A stretch of 64,000 bases of DNA from a virus: the IMG/VR virus record IMGVR_UViG_3300047483_000537, positions 1-64,000 of that record; one strand, written 5' to 3'. This document shows, piece after piece, positions 1 to 8,214 of this stretch. Position 1 is the stretch's first letter. Every line of letters begins with the position of its first letter. Under the pieces are notes generated by a model, which was given only the letters and a program-made list of their open reading frames with translations, searched no databases and was not told the origin of the DNA. Both the position numbers and the translations under genes were made by a program.

Positions 1-3
1 CAC

Positions 4-78
4 GGACATATAGCACAGCGGTAGTGCACGGTCTTCATACGGCCTAGGTCAGTAGTTCGAATCTACTTATGTCCACCA
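4..78 (+). tRNA. tRNA-Met (CAT; Met/Ile2 identity uncertain)
   Basis: Acceptor GGACATA/TATGTCC, loop TTCATAC, T-loop TTCGAAT, encoded CCA. Confidence 0.9.
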
Positions 79-88
79 CAAATATCCT

Positions 89-119
89 GCCCCCCAAATT
101 AAATATTTGGGGGGCTTTA
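89..119 (+). terminator. GC-rich hairpin, probable intrinsic terminator
   Basis: GCCCCCCAAAT/ATTTGGGGGGC followed by TTTA. Confidence 0.55.
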
Positions 120-148
120 TGCTATTTATAAAATTATAGGTACCAACA

Positions 149-805
149 ATGAATATAGATTCCATAAGTAGTCTAATTTCTAGAATAGAAACGGACTTTG
201 GTTCCGAAAGTAAAATTTACGTAAAGCAAGATCGTGGAGAACCAGAATTAACTCTGAACTTACCAGAAAGTGAAAACTTTATAGGAACTATATATCCTAT
301 AGACATGCTTCATCCAGATGCATTCAAAAACATAACTCAAGCACCCAGCAACTACCTAGACAATAGACCTATTATTGTATATTCCAAAGGGTCACAGTTA
401 TATGATTTTTCAATACCACTGGAGTTTCAATTAAATACTCCGTACACTGGTAGACCCTTTATTCATACTAAATGGGATTGCTTTACTTTACTAAAAGATT
501 TCTATCAAAAAGAGCTCGGTATATCTATGCCAGATGTAAGCTATTTTGATGAGTGGTGGTCTAAAGGCAAAGACTTTTACATGGAAACCAGCGGCGTTGC
601 TGGATTTTATCCTACACTATCACTTAAAAAATACGATATTATTGCAATGCGAGTTAATTCGCATGTGTTTAATCATGCTGCAATTTATTTAGGTGAGAAC
701 AAAATCTTACACCACATGGGTGGAAAGTTTAGCTGTATCGAAGAAATAAGGCCTGCATACTTAAACATGCTATTTGGATACTTTAGACACAAAGATTTGG
801 TATAA
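149..805 (+). CDS. NlpC/P60 (C40) peptidase, lambda gpK-like tail assembly protein
   Basis: YTGRPF..WDCFTLLKDFY and NHAAIYLGENKILHH motifs (catalytic Cys/His); N-terminal JAB-like part lacks HSH. Confidence 0.75.
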   Translation: MNIDSISSLISRIETDFGSESKIYVKQDRGEPELTLNLPESENFIGTIYPIDMLHPDAFKNITQAPSNYLDNRPIIVYSKGSQLYDFSIPLEFQLNTPYTGRPFIHTKWDCFTLLKDFYQKELGISMPDVSYFDEWWSKGKDFYMETSGVAGFYPTLSLKKYDIIAMRVNSHVFNHAAIYLGENKILHHMGGKFSCIEEIRPAYLNMLFGYFRHKDLV

Positions 806-810
806 GTATT

Positions 811-2124
811 ATGGCTAAAACATTCTTTTCTGGTAAACACACAGACAATAATTTTTATACTGCTATATACTCAGGTACTAATGGTGCTGGCACAGAAGAC
901 TTACTTGCTAATCCATTAAACAGAATCAATGACGTACTATTCCATAGCAGTTTCTCCTATCTAAAATCAAACGTATCTTTTAGTGGTTCAATAAATCTAC
1001 CTAGTAGAGCCCCCACTTTTGTTAGTGGTAAAAAGAAAGGCCGAACCGTAGAAGTTCCTTCTTATGGTACTACAACATACCAAATCACATCAACAGATTA
1101 CACCAGTTCTGGGTTTCCGCCAATAGTGATACTTGTAGATACAACCAATAATGTAACTATATCCGGCACTGCACTAGTACAACAACAAAATGGTTCTACA
1201 GTTAGACAATTAACTGTTAGAGCAGAAGCAAGTGGAATATATGTTCAAGAATTTTACTTCGCCTATGGTTCTACTCTACCAGCCAAAACTTTTAATTACA
1301 AAGTTTATATATTAAAAGACCTTGCTGAAAAAACAGACGTAGGCAAACAACTATATATAAATGGTTCAAAGTTAACTGTTGCTGAAGGAAAGTTTAACAC
1401 AGATTTAGCTTATGTAAACTTAAAATCTGGTGCAGCAGCGGGCGGTACAACAACAAGCTATACTGAAACCACAAACCAATATTATGAGACAAGATTTGCT
1501 TTACGCAGATATTTAAAATATAGGCCAACTCAACCAGGTGGTGCAGTTACAGAAGTATCTTGGGATTCTTATATAAAATTTAATGGAAATATTGAAGGTG
1601 TATATGAATTAGTGCCAGGAGAAATTACCAGTTGGTATAATCCTGTAGACGGGTATACATATAAACGAGGTGATTTTGTAGAAACTTTGCTAGACTACAA
1701 TCACACCTGGAGAATGTATGCTTTAAACTCTAAGTCACAGTGGGTACTGATCAAAGAGACTATCCACGATAAAACTGTACTAGAAGCACTAGCAGATAGC
1801 GGTAGAGCAGCAATTCCTTATGGACCCTCAGCCGGATACTATCAAATGACTTCAAGTACTGGCAAATTTTTAGCAGTAGGAACTGTGGCCTCAAACTATA
1901 GCGGTAGTTATGTGCAGGCTTATAAAATTTATAGAAGTATGCCATATACACAAACAACTGGCAGAACAGGCGCGGCTTTTGTTAACGGAATAACTGTTAA
2001 CGTAGAGTCTGTGCCAGATAACACTTCTGCTGGCCTATCCTGGAACTTTGACGGGGTAAAAAACTCGTATGGAGAAGCAGCGGCTTTTCCAACAAATACG
2101 GTAATTGGAGTCAATTTACTATGA
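811..2124 (+). CDS. Putative tail/virion-associated beta-rich protein
   Basis: 437 aa, S/T/G/Y-rich, follows gpK-like gene. Confidence 0.45.
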   Translation: MAKTFFSGKHTDNNFYTAIYSGTNGAGTEDLLANPLNRINDVLFHSSFSYLKSNVSFSGSINLPSRAPTFVSGKKKGRTVEVPSYGTTTYQITSTDYTSSGFPPIVILVDTTNNVTISGTALVQQQNGSTVRQLTVRAEASGIYVQEFYFAYGSTLPAKTFNYKVYILKDLAEKTDVGKQLYINGSKLTVAEGKFNTDLAYVNLKSGAAAGGTTTSYTETTNQYYETRFALRRYLKYRPTQPGGAVTEVSWDSYIKFNGNIEGVYELVPGEITSWYNPVDGYTYKRGDFVETLLDYNHTWRMYALNSKSQWVLIKETIHDKTVLEALADSGRAAIPYGPSAGYYQMTSSTGKFLAVGTVASNYSGSYVQAYKIYRSMPYTQTTGRTGAAFVNGITVNVESVPDNTSAGLSWNFDGVKNSYGEAAAFPTNTVIGVNLL

Positions 2125-2669
2125 GTTTTGTATCTTCTCCAAATAGATTCGTTATCAGAGACGCTAACTCTAATGTTAAGTTTGATACCGATGAGCCACA
2201 CCCTATTGTGTATGCCAGAACTCAGGGTTCGATTACTATTACTGCGCAACCAACAGCTACCACATTTACTTTTCCAACTGGAGAATCAAGTACTGGTACG
2301 GAAACCAGATACAACAGTGCTCCTATAATATCTAGTACTAATATTTATACGGCCCCTCCAGGCGTTGCTTTAGATTTTTGTATATCTTCAATTAGACTTA
2401 CTTCTTGTAATGTTACAGGAGCGGATGGAAGTTATTACTACTTTAAATTACCTTTAAATGTATGGCATTCAGCAAATGGCAGTGTTGTTGTAGACCAGTC
2501 AATAACACAGACAGGTAAGATACAAAGAGCTTCAGTAGCTACAATATATACTGTTGGAAACACCATACAGTTTTATTTTAAACGTAATGGATTTAATGAT
2601 GATGTTAATTTATTACATACGTACGTTTTTGATTACAACGTTCTTAGTTGTAAAATAAAACAAACCTAA
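2121..2669 (+). CDS. Putative minor tail protein
   Basis: N-terminal FVIRDANSNVKFDT motif typical of phage tail-associated proteins; ATGA overlap. Confidence 0.4.
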   Translation: MSFVSSPNRFVIRDANSNVKFDTDEPHPIVYARTQGSITITAQPTATTFTFPTGESSTGTETRYNSAPIISSTNIYTAPPGVALDFCISSIRLTSCNVTGADGSYYYFKLPLNVWHSANGSVVVDQSITQTGKIQRASVATIYTVGNTIQFYFKRNGFNDDVNLLHTYVFDYNVLSCKIKQT

Positions 2670-2684
2670 TTACTAGGAACATAA

Positions 2685-2990
2685 ATGATTCAAATAACTA
2701 AAATAGAGAATGATTTTATCAATCAGTATACTATTGCTACAGTAAACGTATACGAAACAACTTTAGGTGTACAGCGTCTTAAAGATACTTTTATTATTAC
2801 ATTAACAGGTATTTACGATATCAGTGACCCACAACTGTTAGATTTAATATATGCTAGACTACACAACATTGGCTACGAAGTTGTAGTACAAACTAGTGCT
2901 CCGGTTACACCAACCACACCATTAGATAGCTCTATTCAAGATAGTTTAGATGCAGCAGCTGCAGAAGCTTCTGACCAAGGAACCGTATAA
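2685..2990 (+). CDS. Hypothetical protein (possible tail-fibre accessory)
   Basis: ORF with AGGA RBS in operon. Confidence 0.6.
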   Translation: MIQITKIENDFINQYTIATVNVYETTLGVQRLKDTFIITLTGIYDISDPQLLDLIYARLHNIGYEVVVQTSAPVTPTTPLDSSIQDSLDAAAAEASDQGTV

Positions 2991-2992
2991 TA

Positions 2993-3922
2993 ATGAAAAC
3001 GTACTTATTGCCATGTAGAAACGATTATAACAGTTTTTGGCATCCAATATGCAGTATGTATGGTGGAAATATACTAGACAGGACTAATACGTTATCTTTT
3101 GGTAACTTTAAGTACAAAACCTTAACTGCAATCCCAGAGATGAAACCGATGCCATATAGTTTTGCAGAACTAGCAGACATGCGCGGAGAACATTTGGGTG
3201 CACTGGCACAAAGCAAAAATTGCAGAATTAATTTAATGTGGAGTGGGGGAATAGACAGTACTGTAGCGGCAGTATCTTTTATGAAATCAAATTTAGCTAA
3301 AAAACACTTAGTTATCTTATTAAATAAAAATTCTATTGGCGAATATCCCCTATTTTTTAATGAGTTTATTAAAGACAAAGTAAAGTACGAGATAGTAGAT
3401 TCACCCAAGAATTTTATAAAATACGAAGATATTAATATAACTGGCGAGATAGGTGATCAACTATTTGGCAGTGCTATGTTTACTACAGCACACAGAGCTG
3501 AAAAACTATTCTCTGCTCCAGAAGCGTTCTTTTCAAAAGAGTTCTTGAATGTTATGGAACCACAGATAGTACATTCGCCATATGAGCTAAAACAAGTAAA
3601 AGATTACTTATGGTGGATGAATTTTTCTTTGAAATATCAAAACGTACAGTTAAGAATATACCCTAGTGTATTTATGCCGTATGGAGGAATTACTCACTTT
3701 TTTGATACTGAAGAATTTCAGCTATGGTCTATGAATAATCCCGACAATAAAATAAAAGATACTATGGCTAGCTATAAATGGCCAGCAAAAGACTACATAT
3801 TTGAATATACCCAAGATTCAGAATACAGAGACTTTAAGCTAAAAGTTGGTAGTTTAAAAATAGGCCCTATAAAATGTGCTATTGACGAAAACTTTAAGTA
3901 TGAGGTTTGCTATGTTAACTAA
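2993..3922 (+). CDS. PP-loop ATPase, asparagine-synthetase C-terminal-like
   Basis: LMWSGGIDST and ITGEIGDQLFGS motifs; no glutaminase domain. Confidence 0.7.
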   Translation: MKTYLLPCRNDYNSFWHPICSMYGGNILDRTNTLSFGNFKYKTLTAIPEMKPMPYSFAELADMRGEHLGALAQSKNCRINLMWSGGIDSTVAAVSFMKSNLAKKHLVILLNKNSIGEYPLFFNEFIKDKVKYEIVDSPKNFIKYEDINITGEIGDQLFGSAMFTTAHRAEKLFSAPEAFFSKEFLNVMEPQIVHSPYELKQVKDYLWWMNFSLKYQNVQLRIYPSVFMPYGGITHFFDTEEFQLWSMNNPDNKIKDTMASYKWPAKDYIFEYTQDSEYRDFKLKVGSLKIGPIKCAIDENFKYEVCYVN

Positions 3923-5051
3923 TTTAAATGAATTTTTATTATCTGCTAATTCTGACAACAGGCCCAGCAATGAAACTATATTAAGTAATATAAATCTACT
4001 AAGTGCAGAAGATTCAGAATATGCTGAAAAACTTACTCGTGAGTTAACTAATCTCTGTATAGTTAGACCATTGATAGTTAAATCTATTAAAATGGCTAAA
4101 ACTTTGGCTTGGCGAACTTACATAGATGATAATAATGTAAGCAAGACTAACAGTACAATGGCCAACGTAATAAAACTATTAGATAAGTCTGAAATAAATT
4201 TATGGACACTGGAGCTTTATGAAGAAGGTTCTCTAAATGTCCGCAATTTTGTACACAGAGTTAATGCCTTATCTGGATATAATAAAGTACCATATTTACA
4301 TATTCTATTAAAATCTTTAAATAAAAAGATTAATAGCACTAAAAAACTAAAAACCAAACAGGATGTAAAAAACTTATTTGACAATCCTGAGTTAGTACCA
4401 CAACTAGAAACTTGGATTGCTGCCGATGAAGTAAAAAGATATTCTGGCGAAACAGTAACTAATCCAAATATATACTCTTGGGTAGTTAAACAGTTTCCTT
4501 TAGATACACAAGCTATACAGTCTGCAGAAATTGGCTATGATTTAGGTGGTGGCTTTGCTACGCCCGGAATAAGTATACTGTTTAATAAACCAATGGTTTC
4601 ATTAGACGTAATTGACCCTAGCAATAATAGCGATGTAATACTAAGTGTGCCTGAACTTACAACATTAGCAGAGTATAGGGATTTACTAGCGCAACAACCA
4701 TACATCAGGTTCGATGTATTTGCTGACGACTTTCCAGACAATTATAATTCATATTTTATAACAAGTTTTGGTTTTGCCACTTCAACGGTTAGCTATACAG
4801 GTAACGAAACTGTAGCGGGAGCTGCCTGGGTAAATACTACTTATAATTCTATGAAACGTTTGGCTAATTTGATAGCAAAAAACAAAGATGTATACTTCTT
4901 GCTATATGGACGCCCAACAAACAGAATACACAGAAATAAAGTAATAGCAATGCGCTTTAATAACAGAGTAATGCAATCTGTAGAAATATACGAAGATAAC
5001 TATAGTACCAAAAACGATCATAGCTTTGGTATAACCCATGTGTTATTTTAA
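3912..5051 (+). CDS. Hypothetical protein with SAM-methyltransferase-like C-terminal domain
   Basis: IGYDLGGG motif I-like followed by VSLDV acidic strand. Confidence 0.45.
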   Translation: MLTNLNEFLLSANSDNRPSNETILSNINLLSAEDSEYAEKLTRELTNLCIVRPLIVKSIKMAKTLAWRTYIDDNNVSKTNSTMANVIKLLDKSEINLWTLELYEEGSLNVRNFVHRVNALSGYNKVPYLHILLKSLNKKINSTKKLKTKQDVKNLFDNPELVPQLETWIAADEVKRYSGETVTNPNIYSWVVKQFPLDTQAIQSAEIGYDLGGGFATPGISILFNKPMVSLDVIDPSNNSDVILSVPELTTLAEYRDLLAQQPYIRFDVFADDFPDNYNSYFITSFGFATSTVSYTGNETVAGAAWVNTTYNSMKRLANLIAKNKDVYFLLYGRPTNRIHRNKVIAMRFNNRVMQSVEIYEDNYSTKNDHSFGITHVLF

Positions 5052-5059
5052 GGATTAAT

Positions 5060-5674
5060 ATGTTATTTTGTTCATTTTTTAATTCCGAAAAATCATCCAT
5101 TGTAGAATCAACTGACACAGACCTGTATCAATATAAAGCATATATTGGACCACACAGTATATCTACTAATCCAAAGTCTAGTTACTGGTATATTAACGAT
5201 GCCGTAGTCGGGTGTTTAACAGGCAATTACACTACCATTGAATCCGAAAAGTTATGTGTAGAAATTATTGGATATACTCCTGAAGATAGAACTTCTAGTT
5301 ATCACAGGTATACAGATTTACCGTATATTAATGGGTGCAGTTCAAAACAACTAATACCGCCTAATAGATTAGGTGATCCAACATGGCAGATGTTGTATAT
5401 ACCTGAAAATACTTCGGAACAAGCTCATCATATTCATGCTACTACAAGAGTTGTATACGTGGCTAAAGGTTTTGGATTCTCTCATGTTGGTAATAGTGAT
5501 AAGGTCACTACTACAGCACTGTATCCAGGACAAGTAATTATCCTAGATAAAATGGTTCCACATCATTTTAGTACTGAGAACGATAGTTTAATAGTTATAC
5601 CCTTACACGTATTTAGCTCTATTGGCGGCGCTGAACATAATCATCCTATGTTTAATGGCACTCATAGAGTGTAA
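5060..5674 (+). CDS. Cupin-domain protein
   Basis: QAHHIH..RVVYVAKGFG ... PGQVIILDKMVPHHF cupin motifs. Confidence 0.75.
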   Translation: MLFCSFFNSEKSSIVESTDTDLYQYKAYIGPHSISTNPKSSYWYINDAVVGCLTGNYTTIESEKLCVEIIGYTPEDRTSSYHRYTDLPYINGCSSKQLIPPNRLGDPTWQMLYIPENTSEQAHHIHATTRVVYVAKGFGFSHVGNSDKVTTTALYPGQVIILDKMVPHHFSTENDSLIVIPLHVFSSIGGAEHNHPMFNGTHRV

Positions 5675-5698
5675 TCATATACCACAAAAAATTCAGAC

Positions 5699-5727
5699 TT
5701 GTTGTTTTAGTCAAAAGTCTGTATAAT
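5699..5727 (+). promoter_or_regulatory. Sigma70-type promoter
   Basis: (AC)TTGTTG-N17-TATAAT. Confidence 0.7.
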
Positions 5728-5781
5728 TAATGTTTTAGCGGCAAGAACAACAGTTCACCGACTAGTTCTAGAAAAATGAAC

Positions 5782-5810
5782 TTGTTCTTGCTGTCTATTT
5801 TTGATATAAT
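5782..5810 (+). promoter_or_regulatory. Sigma70-type promoter for the Y-RNA/Ro60 unit
   Basis: (AC)TTGTTC-N17-TATAAT. Confidence 0.75.
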
Positions 5811-5812
5811 AT

Positions 5813-6010
5813 ATACTTAAATTAAAGAGCTTAGTGTAGTGATTAGATTTCAGGTACTTCATAACTAAAGTACTCGTTAAATTCGTTAAATTCGCAACAT
5901 TCAGCAGGTCTTCGTTGCTCCTGCCTAAGTTTAAGGTAAGCGTTCTTTGATAAGTAAACGCTTCCAGCCCTGAGCTAGAGTGTTCTCTCTAGGTTCTTTA
6001 ATTTAGGTAT
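5813..6010 (+). ncRNA. Y-RNA-like element 1 within a 22-bp stem
   Basis: 5813-5834 pairs with 5989-6010 (3 G-U); inner AGTGAT..CAGGTACTTC ... CTGAGCTAGAGTGTTCT resembles the other elements. Confidence 0.55.
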
Positions 6011-6136
6011 AGTGAAAGAAACAGTTACTTCAATTGATAATGACGTGGTCGGTGGTTCGAGTCCACCCCAAGGCGCAAGCCAAAGTAGCTCAGTTGGTAG
6101 AGCACGAAAATCTCTGTTTCGCCTAGTTCTTACTTA
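6004..6136 (+). ncRNA. YrlA-like Y RNA (element 2) with permuted tRNA-like domain
   Basis: AGTGAAAG-GAAACAG/CTGTTTC stem; T-arm GGTGG-TTCGAGT-CCACC, GGC-GCAA-GCC, then D-arm TAGCTCAGTTGGTAGAGC; directly upstream of Ro60. Confidence 0.85.
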
Positions 6137-6151
6137 TTAAAAAGGAATCAA

Positions 6152-7462
6152 ATGTCTTCGATCAATCGCGTTGTGCGTAACCCTGTTTTCAATTCTGTTG
6201 GTACGCAAGTATCGCAAATTAGTGCAGAACGCCAGCTAAAGCGCGTAACCATGGCAGCAATGTTGTGGGAAAACCAGTTCTATATGGACGGCAAAACTCA
6301 CGCTGAGTTGGTCAAAGACCTTGTAGCTAAAGTCGCTCCTGAAAAGGTATCGGCTCTGGCTGAGGAAGCTCGTACTAAGTTTAAACTTCGTCACATTCCT
6401 CTGTTGCTTGCCCGCGAGTTAGCTCGAAACGGAAAACTGCAAGCACAAACCCTAACCAATGTTATTCAGCGTCCAGACGAAATGTCTGAATTTTTGAGTA
6501 TCTATTGGAAGGAAGGCAAAACTGCTGTCTCAAACCAAGTTAAAAAAGGCTTAGCGGCTTGTTTTAATAAGTTTTCAGAATACCAGCTTGCCAAATGGAA
6601 TAAGAATTCATCCGCAATTCGTTTGCGCGATGTAATGTTTATCTCCCACCCTAAACCGCAAAATGCCGAGCAAACAGCGTTGTTTCAACGCATTGCGGCT
6701 GATACACTTGAGACTCCTGACACATGGGAAACTCAATTATCTAGCGGCGCAGATAAGTGTGGTACGTTCTCCAGACTAATGTTGGAGAAAAAGCTAGGCG
6801 CTCTAGCTTTCTTGCGTAATCTGCGTAATATGCGCGACAGTGGTGTAGCGGATTCCCTTATCCGCAGTTATGCACAAACTGTTGACGTTAGTCGTGTCCT
6901 GCCTTTCCGCTATATTGCGGCGGCACGTATTGTTCCACAATACGAGGATATGCTAGAACAAATGATGTTCCGTAGCCTTGCTCAACATCAAAAAATTCCT
7001 GGAAAGACTGTTCTGTTGATCGACGTAAGTGGCTCAATGTTCGGTACCAGAATTTCCTCAAAATCAGATCTAGATCGCTTCGATGCGGCAGCTGCACTTG
7101 CTATGCTGTGCCGTGAAGTTTGTGAGGAAGTCGAGATTTATAGCTTTAGCAATAATGCTGTGCGCGTTGCACCTCGTCGTGGATTTGCTCTCCGCGAAGC
7201 TATTTCAAGCTCTCAAAGTCACGGTGGAACTGCTCTTGGCAATTCCATGAAGACTGTAGACAGCAACAGTTTGTACGACCGTTGTATTGTGTTTACTGAC
7301 GAGCAAAGCTATGATCGCCCAGGTGCTCCTCGTAACAAAGGCTACATTATCAATGTGGCTAGCTACGAAAATGGGGTTAACCACCAAGCATGGACTGAGA
7401 TTAATGGTTTCTCAGAGTCTGTAATTGATTACATCCAAGCGTTGGAGCAGGAAGCTGCTTAA
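6152..7462 (+). CDS. rsr: Ro60/Rsr-like TROVE-domain RNA-binding protein with vWA domain
   Basis: QRPDEM, FSEYQLAKW, LRDVMFISHPKP, TWETQLS, LRNLRN, SRVLPFRY; MIDAS DVSGSM and FTDEQ. Confidence 0.93.
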   Translation: MSSINRVVRNPVFNSVGTQVSQISAERQLKRVTMAAMLWENQFYMDGKTHAELVKDLVAKVAPEKVSALAEEARTKFKLRHIPLLLARELARNGKLQAQTLTNVIQRPDEMSEFLSIYWKEGKTAVSNQVKKGLAACFNKFSEYQLAKWNKNSSAIRLRDVMFISHPKPQNAEQTALFQRIAADTLETPDTWETQLSSGADKCGTFSRLMLEKKLGALAFLRNLRNMRDSGVADSLIRSYAQTVDVSRVLPFRYIAAARIVPQYEDMLEQMMFRSLAQHQKIPGKTVLLIDVSGSMFGTRISSKSDLDRFDAAAALAMLCREVCEEVEIYSFSNNAVRVAPRRGFALREAISSSQSHGGTALGNSMKTVDSNSLYDRCIVFTDEQSYDRPGAPRNKGYIINVASYENGVNHQAWTEINGFSESVIDYIQALEQEAA

Positions 7463-7524
7463 ATAACTATCTCACGACCCAAGCCTGTAGCCAGTCAGGT
7501 GTTAGAAAAGTGAGGCTCTAAGCT

Positions 7525-7623
7525 AAGGGCTTAGATTTGTTGATGGTGATAGAAACAGTTACTTCTTCTTATGGTGAAACTAACGAGCTGTTTCGACTTA
7601 TTCCTCAGCAAATCTAAGCCCTT
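7525..7623 (+). ncRNA. Minimal Y-RNA-like element 3
   Basis: GGTGATAGAAACAGTTACTTC...CTGTTTCGACTTATTCC closed by 19-bp stem AAGGGCTTAGATTTGTTGA/TCAGCAAATCTAAGCCCTT. Confidence 0.75.
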
Positions 7624-7691
7624 TGCGCTTTTATCGGTTACTTCTAGACTTTTAATCTAACCAAATCGCCGATAATACTTATTCAAGGGCT
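7617..7691 (+). ncRNA. Minimal Y-RNA-like element 4 with Lys(UUU)-like anticodon hairpin
   Basis: TTATCGG-TTACTTC...CCGATAA-TACTTATTC, compensatory stem changes; TAGA-CTTTTAA-TCTA inside. Confidence 0.7.
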
Positions 7692-7700
7692 GCTACTTAT

Positions 7701-7827
7701 TGCTTTGGCGATAGTTACAGTTTCATCAAAAGTTCGATTCTTTTATTACGCATCGCGTTATTAGCCTAGTGGTAAGGCACCGGAACTGATAATCCGGCAA
7801 AAACTCTGTAATGACTTATTCCAAGCA
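7701..7827 (+). ncRNA. YrlA-like Y RNA (element 5) with T, acceptor-like, D and anticodon arms in permuted order
   Basis: GGCGATAG-TTACAG/CTGTAA-TGACTTATTCC; AAAAG-TTCGATT-CTTTT; TAGCCTAGTGGTAAGGC; CCGGA-ACTGATAA-TCCGG. Confidence 0.8.
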
Positions 7828-7830
7828 TTT

Positions 7831-7904
7831 ATGTCCCTGGTGTAATGGCAGCACCCTGGTCTCCAAAACCAGCAGTCACGGTTCGAGTCCGTGGGGGCGT
7901 GCCA
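7831..7904 (+). tRNA. tRNA-Trp (CCA)
   Basis: CTGGT-CTCCAAA-ACCAG, cloverleaf, CCA end. Confidence 0.92.
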
Positions 7905-7914
7905 AAATTTAGAT

Positions 7915-7943
7915 TTGCCGCAATATGTTATTTGCGGTATAAT
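7915..7943 (+). promoter_or_regulatory. Sigma70-type promoter
   Basis: TTGCCG-N17-TATAAT, overlapping inverted repeat CCGCAA/TTGCGG. Confidence 0.65.
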
Positions 7944-7955
7944 TATTCTTTAAAC

Positions 7956-8037
7956 GGAGAAGATGTTCTAATGGTAGGACAGCGGCCTGTAAAGTCGTGG
8001 CTTCGGCAAGTGGGTTCGATTCCCTCCTTCTCCACCA
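7956..8037 (+). tRNA. tRNA-Tyr (GTA)
   Basis: GCGGC-CTGTAAA-GTCGT, variable arm, CCA. Confidence 0.9.
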
Positions 8038-8044
8038 AATATAT

Positions 8045-8128
8045 GCGACTGTGGTGGAATGGTATACACAGCAGACTTAAAATCTGCCGCTTCATTGATT
8101 GAGGGTTCAAGTCCCTCCAGTCGTACCA
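8045..8128 (+). tRNA. tRNA-Leu (TAA)
   Basis: GCAGA-CTTAAAA-TCTGC, CCA. Confidence 0.92.
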
Positions 8129-8135
8129 AAAATAT

Positions 8136-8210
8136 GGTCTTAAAGTGTTCATGGACGCACACAGCACTGTCACTGCTGTAGAAGGGGATCGTTACCCCTT
8201 AAGACCGCCA
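8136..8210 (+). tRNA. tRNA-Asp (GTC), non-canonical T-loop
   Basis: CAGCA-CTGTCAC-TGCTG; T-loop ATCGTTA; GCCA end. Confidence 0.88.
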
Positions 8211-8214
8211 AAAC

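Noticed and set aside
6040-6106. tRNA or tRNA pseudogene call
   Set aside because: T-arm precedes D-arm and there is no CCA; better explained as a YrlA domain (same for 7728-7797)
7471-7514. Hairpin CTCAC...GTGAG with inner CCTG/CAGG after Ro60
   Set aside because: Too short and lacks the Y scaffold; cannot be distinguished from chance
7545-7822. CRISPR-like array (repeated TTACTTC / ACTTATTC)
   Set aside because: Repeats are short, non-identical and interleaved with covarying stems; no cas genes
7845-8173. ORFs 7845-8102, 7943-8173 and 7968-8162
   Set aside because: Overlap tRNA-Trp/Tyr/Leu/Asp genes; spurious
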